Shown piece after piece: positions 37,852-46,647 of a stretch of 64,000 nucleotides of DNA. Source of the stretch: Polaribacter sp. (GTDB lineage: Bacteria; Bacteroidota; Bacteroidia; Flavobacteriales; Flavobacteriaceae); assembly GCA_042091715.1 (NCBI GenBank), contig JBELGW010000009.1, forward strand, positions 5,270 to 69,269, written 5' to 3'. Made by a program: the position numbers and the translations under genes. Each line of letters opens with the position of its first letter. Positions within the stretch are counted from its first letter, which is position 1. Under the pieces are notes generated by a model, which saw only the letters and a program-made list of their open reading frames with translations, did no database searches and was not told where the DNA came from.

Positions 37852-39546
37852 TTAAAGTGCTTCAACAAACAAGCCTTCATCTGTTTTAGATACTTTCGCT
37901 ACTTCTTTTTTTGTGAGTCCTTTGATGGTTTTATCCCATTTTTTATTAGACAAGCCAGCTTGGGCCTTTAAGTCAATTAGATCAATTTTCTCTGCCTTTT
38001 CAATGAGTGCCAGCACCGCTTTTTCTTCTTCATTCAGTGCAATGGAAGGTGTTTTTTTCTCCGGTCTCATTTGTGGGAAAAACAACACTTCTTGAATGGA
38101 TTGGTTGTTGGTGAGGAACATGATCAAACGATCCATTCCAATACCCATCCCCGAGGTTGGAGGCATTCCATATTCTAGGGCTCTTAAGAAATCAAAATCG
38201 ATGAATTCTGTCGCTTCATCATCTCCTTTTTGAGCGAGTTTTAATTGGTCTTCAAAACGTTCTCGTTGATCAATAGGATCATTTAATTCAGAGTAGGCAT
38301 TGGCAATTTCTTTACCGCAAACCATCAATTCAAAACGTTCGGTCAATTCTGGATTGTCTCTGTGTTCTTTACACAAAGGAGACATTTCTTTTGGATAATC
38401 TGTAATATAGGTTGGCTGTATGTAATTTCCCTCACATTTTTCCCCAAAGATTTCATCAATTAATTTCCCTTTACCCATCGTATCGTCTACTTCAATTCCC
38501 ATGCCTTTTGCAGCGATTCGAATCTCGTCTTCGGTCTTTCCTGTGATGTCAAAACCTGTAAAGTGCTTAATGGAGTCTGCCATGGTTACACGAGCATACG
38601 GCGCTTTAAAGTCGATTTCATGCTCCCCGAAGGTTGCTTTTGTAGTTCCGTTTACTGCAATCGCACAGTGCTCGAGCAGACGCTCACAGAAATCCATCAT
38701 CCAGTTGTAATCTTTGTAAGCAACATAGATTTCCATGGCTGTAAATTCTGGATTGTGCGTTCTGTCCATTCCTTCATTTCTGAAGTTCTTTGAGAATTCA
38801 TAGACACCGTCAAAACCACCAACAATCAATCTTTTTAAGTACAATTCATTGGCAATACGCATGTACAAAGGAATGTCTAGTGAATTGTGATGTGTGATAA
38901 ATGGTCTTGCTGCAGCACCTCCTGGAATCGGTTGTAAAACTGGTGTTTCGACTTCAAAATAGCCAGACTCATTAAAAAATGAACGCATGGCATTGAACAA
39001 CTTTGTTCTTTTTACAAAAACTTCTTTTACATGTGGATTCACTACGAGATCTGCATAACGCTGTCTGTAGCGCATTTCTGGATCTGTAAAGGCGTCGTAT
39101 ACAACCCCGTCTTTCTCTTTGGGTAAGGGAAGTGGCTTGAGTGCTTTGCTTAGAAGCGTAAACTCTTTGACCATCACGGTCTTTTCACCTACTTTGGTGG
39201 TAAATAGTGTCCCTTTGATCCCCACAAAGTCTCCGAGGTCTAACAATTTCTTGAAGACGTCATTGTAAGCTGTTTTGTCTTCACCAGGACAAATTTCGTC
39301 TCTATTAAAATACACCTGTATTCTACCTTCAGCATCTTGCAAATGTGCAAAAGAAGCTTTTCCTTGGATATTGATAGATACCAATCGACCTGCAATTACC
39401 ACCTGTTTATCTTCCGCAAAGTCCTCTTTAATTTGTTTGGAGGTATGATCTACTGGAAATAGATCAGCAGGATATGGATTGATCCCTAATGCACGTAATT
39501 TAGATAGCTTTTCTCTTCGTACAACTTCTTGTTCTGATAACTGCAT
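37852..39546 (-). CDS. lysS: Lysine--tRNA ligase (class II) with C-terminal extension
   Basis: [61 protein letters not shown]. Start at MQLSEQ, supported by the -7 element at 39584. Confidence 0.98.
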   Translation of the reverse strand: MQLSEQEVVRREKLSKLRALGINPYPADLFPVDHTSKQIKEDFAEDKQVVIAGRLVSINIQGKASFAHLQDAEGRIQVYFNRDEICPGEDKTAYNDVFKKLLDLGDFVGIKGTLFTTKVGEKTVMVKEFTLLSKALKPLPLPKEKDGVVYDAFTDPEMRYRQRYADLVVNPHVKEVFVKRTKLFNAMRSFFNESGYFEVETPVLQPIPGGAAARPFITHHNSLDIPLYMRIANELYLKRLIVGGFDGVYEFSKNFRNEGMDRTHNPEFTAMEIYVAYKDYNWMMDFCERLLEHCAIAVNGTTKATFGEHEIDFKAPYARVTMADSIKHFTGFDITGKTEDEIRIAAKGMGIEVDDTMGKGKLIDEIFGEKCEGNYIQPTYITDYPKEMSPLCKEHRDNPELTERFELMVCGKEIANAYSELNDPIDQRERFEDQLKLAQKGDDEATEFIDFDFLRALEYGMPPTSGMGIGMDRLIMFLTNNQSIQEVLFFPQMRPEKKTPSIALNEEEKAVLALIEKAEKIDLIDLKAQAGLSNKKWDKTIKGLTKKEVAKVSKTDEGLFVEAL

Positions 39547-39583
39547 AATGCCTTTTTGTTTATAGGATGTTTTAATAAAGGCC

Positions 39584-39591
39584 CAAAGATA
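39584..39591 (-). promoter_or_regulatory. -7 element (TATCTTTG) for lysS
   Basis: TAnnTTTG about 38 nt upstream of ATG 39546. Confidence 0.6.
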
Positions 39592-39678
39592 CAATCATTA
39601 AAAGAATAAAGCAATGCCGTTGAATATTGATTTTTTAATAAAAATAAAAATAATTCTTTATCGTTCTAAAAAAAAGTG

Positions 39679-39686
39679 TATATTTG
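39679..39686 (+). promoter_or_regulatory. -7 element (TATATTTG) facing an interval with no credible ORF
   Basis: Perfect TAnnTTTG divergent from lysS, followed about 100 nt later by a terminator. Confidence 0.6.
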
Positions 39687-39689
39687 CAG

Positions 39690-39799
39690 GCTGCTTTTTA
39701 ATAAGTAGCGTTTAGTTGTGTTGTTTTGGCACTTTCGTAAAAGTGTCATGGTTTTGTTAACCAATGGAAAGCTTCCCTTAAATGGGACGCTTTTTTTTT
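39690..39799 (+). ncRNA. Candidate small RNA (family not identified)
   Basis: Promoter, then hairpins GCTGCTT/AAGTAGC, TGGCACTTT-CGTA-AAAGTGTCA and TGGTT/AACCA, then terminator GCTTCCC-TTAAAT-GGGACGC-T9. Confidence 0.5.
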
Positions 39800-39841
39800 G
39801 TGGCTAACCCTAGTTTTGAATTATTTAAAACTAGTTACACA

Positions 39842-40342
39842 CTAAAAGAGGCCTGTTCTATGCTCCCAAACAGCGCTGATAAAAAACCAGAAATAGACCA
39901 GTCCTACTCCAAATTTCAAGCTTGCAGATACGAAAAAACCCAATAAAGATCCAAATGAAGCTTTCAAGGCTTGGGTGTTGTTTTTTTTATCAAAGGCAGT
40001 TTCTCCAATAAAAGCTCCTAAAAAAGCGCCAATGAGCATACCAAATGGGATTGGAGTGAGCAAGCCAACAATCAAGCCGATGGTGGTTCCGTATACACCA
40101 TACTTGCTACCGCCAAAGCGCTTGGTGCCCATCGCCGGAATAAAGTAGTCGAGCACCCATACCAAAACAGCCACGCCTAAAGTGATGCCAAGGAAGGTCC
40201 AATCACTCGAAATTGCTGAGGTAAAACTAAGCAATAGTAACCCGAACCACCCTGTTAAGGGTCCCGGTAAAACAGGTAAAAACGCACCAATGATTCCTAA
40301 AATCATACAAATTAAACCAAGTAATAATAAGAAAATATCCAT
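39842..40342 (-). CDS. DUF456 family membrane protein
   Basis: GIIGAFLPVLPGPLTGW, GTKRFGGSKYG, GAFLGAFIGE. Start moved to MDIFLL. Confidence 0.85.
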   Translation of the reverse strand: MDIFLLLLGLICMILGIIGAFLPVLPGPLTGWFGLLLLSFTSAISSDWTFLGITLGVAVLVWVLDYFIPAMGTKRFGGSKYGVYGTTIGLIVGLLTPIPFGMLIGAFLGAFIGETAFDKKNNTQALKASFGSLLGFFVSASLKFGVGLVYFWFFISAVWEHRTGLF

Positions 40343-40427
40343 GTCATTTTTTTTGAGTGCGCAGTCATCTATGAGATGCGCTATTTCTTCTATAGGACGA
40401 GAGTACAACAACTTTGTTACATTTTTT

Positions 40428-40491
40428 AACTATAAATATAGTTTAAACTAAATATTTAGTTATATTTACCTCGGTAACGATAAAATTAGTT
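40428..40491. promoter_or_regulatory. Three palindromic operator-like sites AACTA-N6-TAGTT upstream of blaI
   Basis: AACTATAAATATAGTT (40428), AACTAAATATTTAGTT (40446), AACGATAAAATTAGTT (40476, one mismatch). Confidence 0.7.
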
Positions 40492-40496
40492 GAAAA

Positions 40497-40862
40497 ATGA
40501 GCAAGCAATTAACAAAAGCAGAAGAGCAGTGCATGCAGGTATTGTGGACACTTGGAGAGGCTTCCGTAAAAGAAGTTATTGATCAACTGCCCAGTCCTAA
40601 GCCGGCTTACAATACCATTTCTACTATTATTAGAATTTTAGAAACCAAAGAATTTGTGAGTCATAAACCTGTTGGAAGAGGCTATGTCTATTTTCCTATT
40701 GTGACCAAAGAGGCCTATAGCAATCAAACCTTACACAAGGTAATGGACGGCTACTTTGGTGGCTCCTTTAAGAATATGGTTTCTTTTTTCGTGAAAAAAA
40801 ATGACATGGATATTTCAGAATTGGAACAAATTTTGATGAGTATGAACAAGAAAAACGAATAG
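40497..40862 (+). CDS. BlaI/MecI/CopY family transcriptional repressor
   Basis: LTKAEEQCMQVLW, AYNTISTIIRILETKEFV, YFGGSFKNMVSFFV. Confidence 0.93.
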   Translation: MSKQLTKAEEQCMQVLWTLGEASVKEVIDQLPSPKPAYNTISTIIRILETKEFVSHKPVGRGYVYFPIVTKEAYSNQTLHKVMDGYFGGSFKNMVSFFVKKNDMDISELEQILMSMNKKNE

Positions 40863-40864
40863 CT

Positions 40865-42136
40865 ATGTTTACGTATATCCTTCAAGTCATCTTATTTCAG
40901 GTGGTTTTTTTAGCCGTGTATGATTTCTTTTTGAGTAAAGAGACCTTTCATACGTATAATAGGTGGTATTTATTGGGAGCACCCATGCTGTCTTTTTTAT
41001 TGCCAATGATTCAAATTTCCAGTTTTCAGGAGGTTGTACCCGAATCATTGATGTTGTCTCTGCCGGAGCTACTCATTTCTCCAGAAACAATAGCAGCGCA
41101 GACCTCTTCATATTCGGGAGATTCTATCAACTACCTTGACCTCATTTTTTATGGTGGAGTAGGGGTGTTTGGTTTGCTGTTTTTAGGGAAATTGATCAAG
41201 ATTCTTGGATTGATAAGCACCAATCAAGTGATAAAAAAACCGGGGCATTCATTGGTGCTTTTAGTCAATCAAACCCATGCATTTTCTTTTTTTCGCTATG
41301 TTTTTTTGGGAACACAATTGTCAAAAGAGAAACAAGAAGTTATTATCAAACATGAATTGATTCATGTGCAGCAAAAGCACTCTCTGGATTTATTGTTTTT
41401 TGAACTTTTTCGAATCATCATGTGGTTCAATCCAGCCCTATATCTATATCAGCGACGCGTCACATTGCTGCATGAATATATTACCGATGCAGTACTCTTA
41501 CAAACCACTCAAAAACACGATTATTTCAACAAACTGCTAGCCCAAACTTTTGATATTGACAACCTATCGTTTGTCAATCAATTTTACAAACATTCACTTA
41601 TTAAAAAAAGAATTGCCATGATGACAAAAAACAAATCAAAACAAATTAAAAAAGCGAAATACCTATTGTTAGTCCCAGTATTAGCAGGGATGCTTTTCTA
41701 CACGTCTTGCTCAAATACAGATAGTACTGCGGAGATTGAGCAATCTAACTCAATGAATGAGCTATCGGCTTCAGGAATGAAGAATACAAGTATTGTTCCA
41801 TTTGCAATCCTAGAGAGTAAGCCTTCTTTTAAAGGAGCAAATACAACAGGTGATGTACCTTTTTACATGCAAGTAAAAAGCTTCGTTGCTAAAAATTTTG
41901 ATTCAAATATTGCAGCGAATTTGGATTTACAAAAAGGCCCAAAAAAGATATATGCTGCAGTTACAATTGACGCAACTGGAGCGATAGAAAGGGTCGGGGT
42001 TCGTGCACCGCATCCAAACTTGAAAGAGGAAATGGAGCGTGTCATCTCTCTGTTCCCAGCAATGAATCCTGGAACCGCAGATGGCGTTCCCGTGGCAACC
42101 AAGTTGGTCATACCTCTGAGAATCGAAAACGAATAA
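40865..42136 (+). CDS. M56 (BlaR1-like) metallopeptidase with C-terminal TonB_C-like domain
   Basis: N-terminal TM helices, HAFSFF, IIKHELIHVQQKHSLD, WFNP, LHEYITD, KKRIAMM; C-terminal VTIDATGAIE...MNPGTADGVPVATKLVIPL. Confidence 0.9.
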   Translation: MFTYILQVILFQVVFLAVYDFFLSKETFHTYNRWYLLGAPMLSFLLPMIQISSFQEVVPESLMLSLPELLISPETIAAQTSSYSGDSINYLDLIFYGGVGVFGLLFLGKLIKILGLISTNQVIKKPGHSLVLLVNQTHAFSFFRYVFLGTQLSKEKQEVIIKHELIHVQQKHSLDLLFFELFRIIMWFNPALYLYQRRVTLLHEYITDAVLLQTTQKHDYFNKLLAQTFDIDNLSFVNQFYKHSLIKKRIAMMTKNKSKQIKKAKYLLLVPVLAGMLFYTSCSNTDSTAEIEQSNSMNELSASGMKNTSIVPFAILESKPSFKGANTTGDVPFYMQVKSFVAKNFDSNIAANLDLQKGPKKIYAAVTIDATGAIERVGVRAPHPNLKEEMERVISLFPAMNPGTADGVPVATKLVIPLRIENE

Positions 42137-42545
42137 AGGAGCCTCTTCCTTCATCTGTTGAAATAGTTATGCAATCTGCATGTCTGTAAAATGAGTCCTT
42201 TTTTTGCTCGTTTTACCTGCATGCAGATTGGTGATTTCTCAACATTCATCTGTTCTTTTAAAAGATTGAAAATGGTTTTAGTAGCTTATTGCAGGTTTTT
42301 ATTGTCATCAAACGTGTATGCCGCTAATACCAATTCAAATCGTTTAAATGAGAGATATAGGTTGCGCAGTTTTTTGCAAAATAGCGTGAAAAATAATTAT
42401 TAAAAAAAGCAGTAACCGTAACATGCTTCTGCATACTTTTTTAAAGTGAATCTGATATAAAGAGTAAGGCACAAGTGAATAGATCCAGTACTACTTGCAG
42501 CCCATACATTGTGCTGCAAATGAACCTAAAAATTAAAAAATAAAG

Positions 42546-43799
42546 ATGAAAAAAATCCTTACGCTGCTATTACTATCCGTTTCTATACCAACAAGTGCAC
42601 AAATCGATCCTTTCTCAAAAGCAGACAGTTTACTGGTAAAAGGACATTACAAATTGGCATTGGCCCATTTAAAAAGTATAGACACTTTAAGAGGAATGAA
42701 AAACTATAAAATAGGAGGTATTTATGCTTCTATTGATGATTTTAAAAACGCCATTACATACTACACTAAATCATTAGAATTTAAAGAAAATTTTAAAGTT
42801 CAACGGGCATTGGCCAGCGCCTATTACCGTATAAAAAAATATAAAGAAGCGATTATAATTTATGAAGCCATTCTAGAAAAGGATACAGAGAATTTGATCA
42901 TTCAATTCCAGTTAGGGAAACTATATATGGCAACGAATGCTTTGAAAAAAGCATCAAAAACGATTAAGATGCTTTCTTTAAAAGACCCACAGAACCCAAA
43001 TTATCAGTATCAATTAGGATTGATTGCTGCAAGAAAATCAAATAGGAATGGCATGTTAACTCATTTTTTAAATGCCTATGAAATTGATACCACCCACATA
43101 AAGTCGGTCTATCAATTGGCCAAAAGATTTTCTGTACTTAGAAAAAGAGATTCCTCGCGTTTATTTACAGACAAAGGTTTGGCGTTAAATCCGCTTCATT
43201 TGAATTTAAATAAATTAAAGATAAATTCACTGTTTCGAAATAAAAAGTATCAAAAGTCAATTGAGAGACTACGCTTGCTAGATTCCTTAGATCCAAATCA
43301 ATTGTACACGCAAAAGATGCTAGGGAGGTCTTACTTTGGTTTAGATTCCTTGGATTTGGCAGTAGTTTACTTTAAAAAAGCACAAGAAATAGACCAAGAC
43401 GATTTTAATATCCCACTCAACTTAGGGCATATTTATGCAGCGAAAAAAGAGCATAATAAAGCTTCTATGTATTATATCAGGGCGCTAAGCACGGGTAAAA
43501 AAGACAGAAGTGAAGCGTATTATGGTTCGGGCATGCAATATGTTGCATTACAACAACCAAAAATAGCCATTGCAATGTTTAAAAAAGCGCTTATCGAAAA
43601 TGGCGGGAAGTACAAGATACACTATCAACTGGCATTGACCTCAGATTCTTATTACAAGGATAAAAAGATTGCTTATGATCTTTATGACAATTACCTCATG
43701 CGATTTGATGATAAAGACGAGGACTTGACGAAATTTGTCAGTGCGAGAATGAAAGCAATTAAAACAAGTTTATTTATGAGTGGAGTAGAAGTGAAGTAG
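42546..43799 (+). CDS. Exported tetratricopeptide-repeat protein
   Basis: Signal peptide and repeated A...Y/G..Y...G.Y..A TPR-like helices throughout. Confidence 0.85.
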   Translation: MKKILTLLLLSVSIPTSAQIDPFSKADSLLVKGHYKLALAHLKSIDTLRGMKNYKIGGIYASIDDFKNAITYYTKSLEFKENFKVQRALASAYYRIKKYKEAIIIYEAILEKDTENLIIQFQLGKLYMATNALKKASKTIKMLSLKDPQNPNYQYQLGLIAARKSNRNGMLTHFLNAYEIDTTHIKSVYQLAKRFSVLRKRDSSRLFTDKGLALNPLHLNLNKLKINSLFRNKKYQKSIERLRLLDSLDPNQLYTQKMLGRSYFGLDSLDLAVVYFKKAQEIDQDDFNIPLNLGHIYAAKKEHNKASMYYIRALSTGKKDRSEAYYGSGMQYVALQQPKIAIAMFKKALIENGGKYKIHYQLALTSDSYYKDKKIAYDLYDNYLMRFDDKDEDLTKFVSARMKAIKTSLFMSGVEVK

Positions 43800-43854
43800 G
43801 ATTTGTTTTTTATGACTCACTTTAATAGTGTACTTTTACTTACAAATGTATGTC

Positions 43855-44334
43855 ATGCTGTTGCGAGTATTTTCTATTTTCATTGTGTTATTGACCTGTA
43901 CTTCTTGTGATTTTTTCAGATTGAAGAAGACACTGCCTTTGCAGGAGCTAGATACAGTGATCGACTATTCTTCTGTAGACACATCGCCATCCTTTGAAAA
44001 TTGTATTGATTTGATTGATAAGTCGGCAAAAACGATCTGTTTCAGAACCACCATGCACAGACATATCACCACAAGTTTGCAATCGTACCCGATGCAACTT
44101 GTTGCATCTATTGAAGAGACGATCACAGTGACGCTACTTATTGATATTTATGGAAAAGTAAGCGTTCAGCATATTGATACATCTGATCAGTTAAAAGAGG
44201 TGCAACAAGTACTCGATTTTGCGATACACGAGAGTGTGGATGACATACCATTATTGTTTCCTGCATTGAAAAGAGGCATTCCTGTTGCGTCGCAATATCA
44301 AATTCCAATTCAAATTCGTGGCAATAAAAAATAG
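43855..44334 (+). CDS. Lipoprotein with TonB C-terminal-like domain
   Basis: Lipobox CTSC-DFF; VDTSPSFENC, LLIDIYGKVSV, LFPALKRGIPVASQYQIPI resemble TonB_C. Confidence 0.65.
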   Translation: MLLRVFSIFIVLLTCTSCDFFRLKKTLPLQELDTVIDYSSVDTSPSFENCIDLIDKSAKTICFRTTMHRHITTSLQSYPMQLVASIEETITVTLLIDIYGKVSVQHIDTSDQLKEVQQVLDFAIHESVDDIPLLFPALKRGIPVASQYQIPIQIRGNKK

Positions 44335-44361
44335 ATGCTCTGGTAGAAAGCATCTATTTTT
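44326..44361. terminator. Bidirectional terminator between the TonB_C-like gene and obgE
   Basis: AAAAAATAGATGCT-loop-AGCATCTATTTTT. Confidence 0.85.
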
Positions 44362-44382
44362 ATTCGTTTTTTGGAAGTACTC

Positions 44383-45372
44383 TTAATTCAACATTTCCCA
44401 CAATTTATCTTTGAGTTCTACAAGGCCAGTATGTGCCATGGAAGAAAAGAAGATGTGCGGCAATTCTTTGGGCAATTCTTTGGAGATTTCAGCTCTCAAT
44501 TCATCATCGAGCATGTCGTCTTTAGAAATGGCAAGCAATCTGTTCTTGTCGAGAAGCTCTGGGTTGTGCGTCTTTAATTCGTTTAATAATATGTTGTATT
44601 CCTTTTGAATATCTTCGCTGTCTGCTGGGATTAGAAATAACAGTGTGGAGTTGCGCTCTATGTGACGTAAGAAACGGTGTCCTAGTCCTTTTCCTTCTGC
44701 AGCTCCCTCAATAATTCCTGGAATGTCTGCCATCACAAAACTCTTGTAACCACGGTAGTCTACAATTCCTAAGTTGGGTTTGAGTGTGGTAAAGGCATAG
44801 TCTGCAATTTTAGGTTTTGCAGAAGTAATTACAGATAGCAAGGTAGATTTTCCTGCATTTGGAAATCCAACCAAACCAACATCAGCCAACAATTTTAGCT
44901 CTAAGAGAAACCATCCTTCGGCACCTTCCATTCCTGGTTGCGCATATCGAGGTGTTTGGTTGGTAGAAGATTTAAAGTTCCAGTTTCCTAGTCCACCTTT
45001 CCCTCCACGTAACAAAACAACTTCTTGTCCTTCATCCGTTACTTCAAAAAGAATTGCATTGGTGTCTGCGTCTCTAATAATTGTTCCCAGCGGTACATCA
45101 ACATAGACATCTTTTCCATCATGCCCGGTGCTTCTGCTCTTGCTTCCAGATCCTCCTTGTTCTGCTCTAAAGTGCTTCTTAAATTTTAAATGAAAGAGTG
45201 TCCACATATTTTTATTCCCACGAATAATAATATGTCCACCGCGTCCACCATCTCCACCATCAGGACCACCTTTTGTAATAAATTTCTCTCGGTGCAAATG
45301 CATGGATCCACTACCACCATTACCAGAAGATGCATATACTTTTATGTAGTCGACAAAATTCCCCTCAGTCAT
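44383..45372 (-). CDS. obgE: GTPase ObgE/CgtA
   Basis: [50 protein letters not shown]. Confidence 0.98.
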   Translation of the reverse strand: MTEGNFVDYIKVYASSGNGGSGSMHLHREKFITKGGPDGGDGGRGGHIIIRGNKNMWTLFHLKFKKHFRAEQGGSGSKSRSTGHDGKDVYVDVPLGTIIRDADTNAILFEVTDEGQEVVLLRGGKGGLGNWNFKSSTNQTPRYAQPGMEGAEGWFLLELKLLADVGLVGFPNAGKSTLLSVITSAKPKIADYAFTTLKPNLGIVDYRGYKSFVMADIPGIIEGAAEGKGLGHRFLRHIERNSTLLFLIPADSEDIQKEYNILLNELKTHNPELLDKNRLLAISKDDMLDDELRAEISKELPKELPHIFFSSMAHTGLVELKDKLWEMLN

Positions 45373-45441
45373 TATTTCTAGTATTTATGTGTTGATGTGT
45401 TCTATGCTTTTATGAAAACAAAGAAAAGTATCAACTGTTAT

Positions 45442-46014
45442 TTACAGTTTGTCAAAAACAGCCGCCAACCTTTCAGTAATGTTTTCTATTGAACCTACTC
45501 CATTCACGCCGAAATAGTTTCCTTGTGCTTGGTAATAGTCTTTTAGAATGGCTGTTTTTGTATTGTATTCATTAAAACGATTTCTAATTTTGCCTTCATC
45601 AGTATCGTCTGTTCTTCCACTTGTTTTTCCACGTTCTAATAAGCGTTCAACTAACAAGTCTTCTGCAACTTCCAAGGCAACCATTCCATTGATTTTCGCG
45701 TCTTTTTCATTCAAGAAACTATCCAAGGCTTTTGCCTGAGATTCGGTTCTCGGGAATCCATCAAAAATGAAACCATGGGCTTCACTATTTCTATTGACTT
45801 CTTCCTTGAGCATGTTAATGGTTACTTCATCCGGAACTAAATTTCCATCATCCATATATTTCTTGGCCAATACACCAAGTGCTGTTTGGTTTTTGATATT
45901 GAAACGAAAGACATCTCCTGTTGAAATGTGTACCAAATTGTACTTTTCTTTTAATAGCGTTGCTTGCGTTCCTTTTCCTGCACCTGGAGGTCCAAATAAT
46001 ACAATATTTTTCAT
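45442..46014 (-). CDS. adk: Adenylate kinase
   Basis: GPPGAGKGTQA, HISTGD, LVPDE, FDGFPRT, RTDD. Confidence 0.97.
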   Translation of the reverse strand: MKNIVLFGPPGAGKGTQATLLKEKYNLVHISTGDVFRFNIKNQTALGVLAKKYMDDGNLVPDEVTINMLKEEVNRNSEAHGFIFDGFPRTESQAKALDSFLNEKDAKINGMVALEVAEDLLVERLLERGKTSGRTDDTDEGKIRNRFNEYNTKTAILKDYYQAQGNYFGVNGVGSIENITERLAAVFDKL

Positions 46015-46016
46015 CG

Positions 46017-46562
46017 TTATTGTTGTGTTGTTATTAATTGATAAACGCTAGGATAGTTTCTTCCTAAGCCGTTGTAATCGAGACCATATCCGACAATGAA
46101 TTTGTCTGGAATGCTTTTCCCGATATAGTCTATTCCTAATTCTTTTTTAAATACCGTTGGTTTAAAGAAAAGTGTGGCAATCTTTAATTGCTTTATGTTT
46201 TGATCTTTAAAGAGTCTGTAAATTTCTTGTAAGGTGTTTCCGGTGTCAATGATATCCTCTAAAATAACCACTGTTCTGCCTGTTAGATCTTCATTCAGTC
46301 CAACGAGCTGTGTTACGTTTTCTGAAGAAGTAGTACCTTGGTAGGAGGCTAGTTTTACAAAGGAAACCTCACAGGCATCTGGATATGCTTTTACAAAGTC
46401 AGAAACAAACATAAACGAACCATTGAGAATCCCAATAAACAAGGGAGTTTCTCCTTTGCAGTCCTCCGAAATACATGTTACGAGCGATTGTATGATCCCT
46501 TTGATTTCTTCTTCCTCTAGAAAAGGTTGAAATTGTAAATCATGTAGTTTAATGTTGCTCAT
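46017..46562 (-). CDS. hpt: Hypoxanthine phosphoribosyltransferase
   Basis: GILNGSFMF, VILEDIIDTGNTL PRPP loop, FIVGYGLDY. Confidence 0.92.
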   Translation of the reverse strand: MSNIKLHDLQFQPFLEEEEIKGIIQSLVTCISEDCKGETPLFIGILNGSFMFVSDFVKAYPDACEVSFVKLASYQGTTSSENVTQLVGLNEDLTGRTVVILEDIIDTGNTLQEIYRLFKDQNIKQLKIATLFFKPTVFKKELGIDYIGKSIPDKFIVGYGLDYNGLGRNYPSVYQLITTQQ

Positions 46563-46566
46563 TTTG

Positions 46567-46574
46567 CAAAGATA
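46567..46574 (-). promoter_or_regulatory. -7 element (TATCTTTG) for hpt-adk-obgE
   Basis: TAnnTTTG 4 nt before ATG 46562. Confidence 0.5.
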
Positions 46575-46592
46575 CGCGCTTGTTATTGAATG

Positions 46593-46625
46593 AAAAAACC
46601 GTTTTGAATTTAGTTCAAAACGGTT
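46593..46625 (-). terminator. Intrinsic terminator after secDF
   Basis: AACCGTTTTGAA-loop-TTCAAAACGGTT with a U tract on the minus strand. Confidence 0.8.
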
Positions 46626-46647
46626 GATTTAAAATTTATTAGTATGC

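Noticed and set aside
39690-39799. Possibility that the RNA candidate is SRP RNA, a tRNA or a lysine riboswitch/T-box for lysS
   Set aside because: No SRP helix-8 motif or cloverleaf, and it is transcribed away from lysS, so it cannot be its leader.
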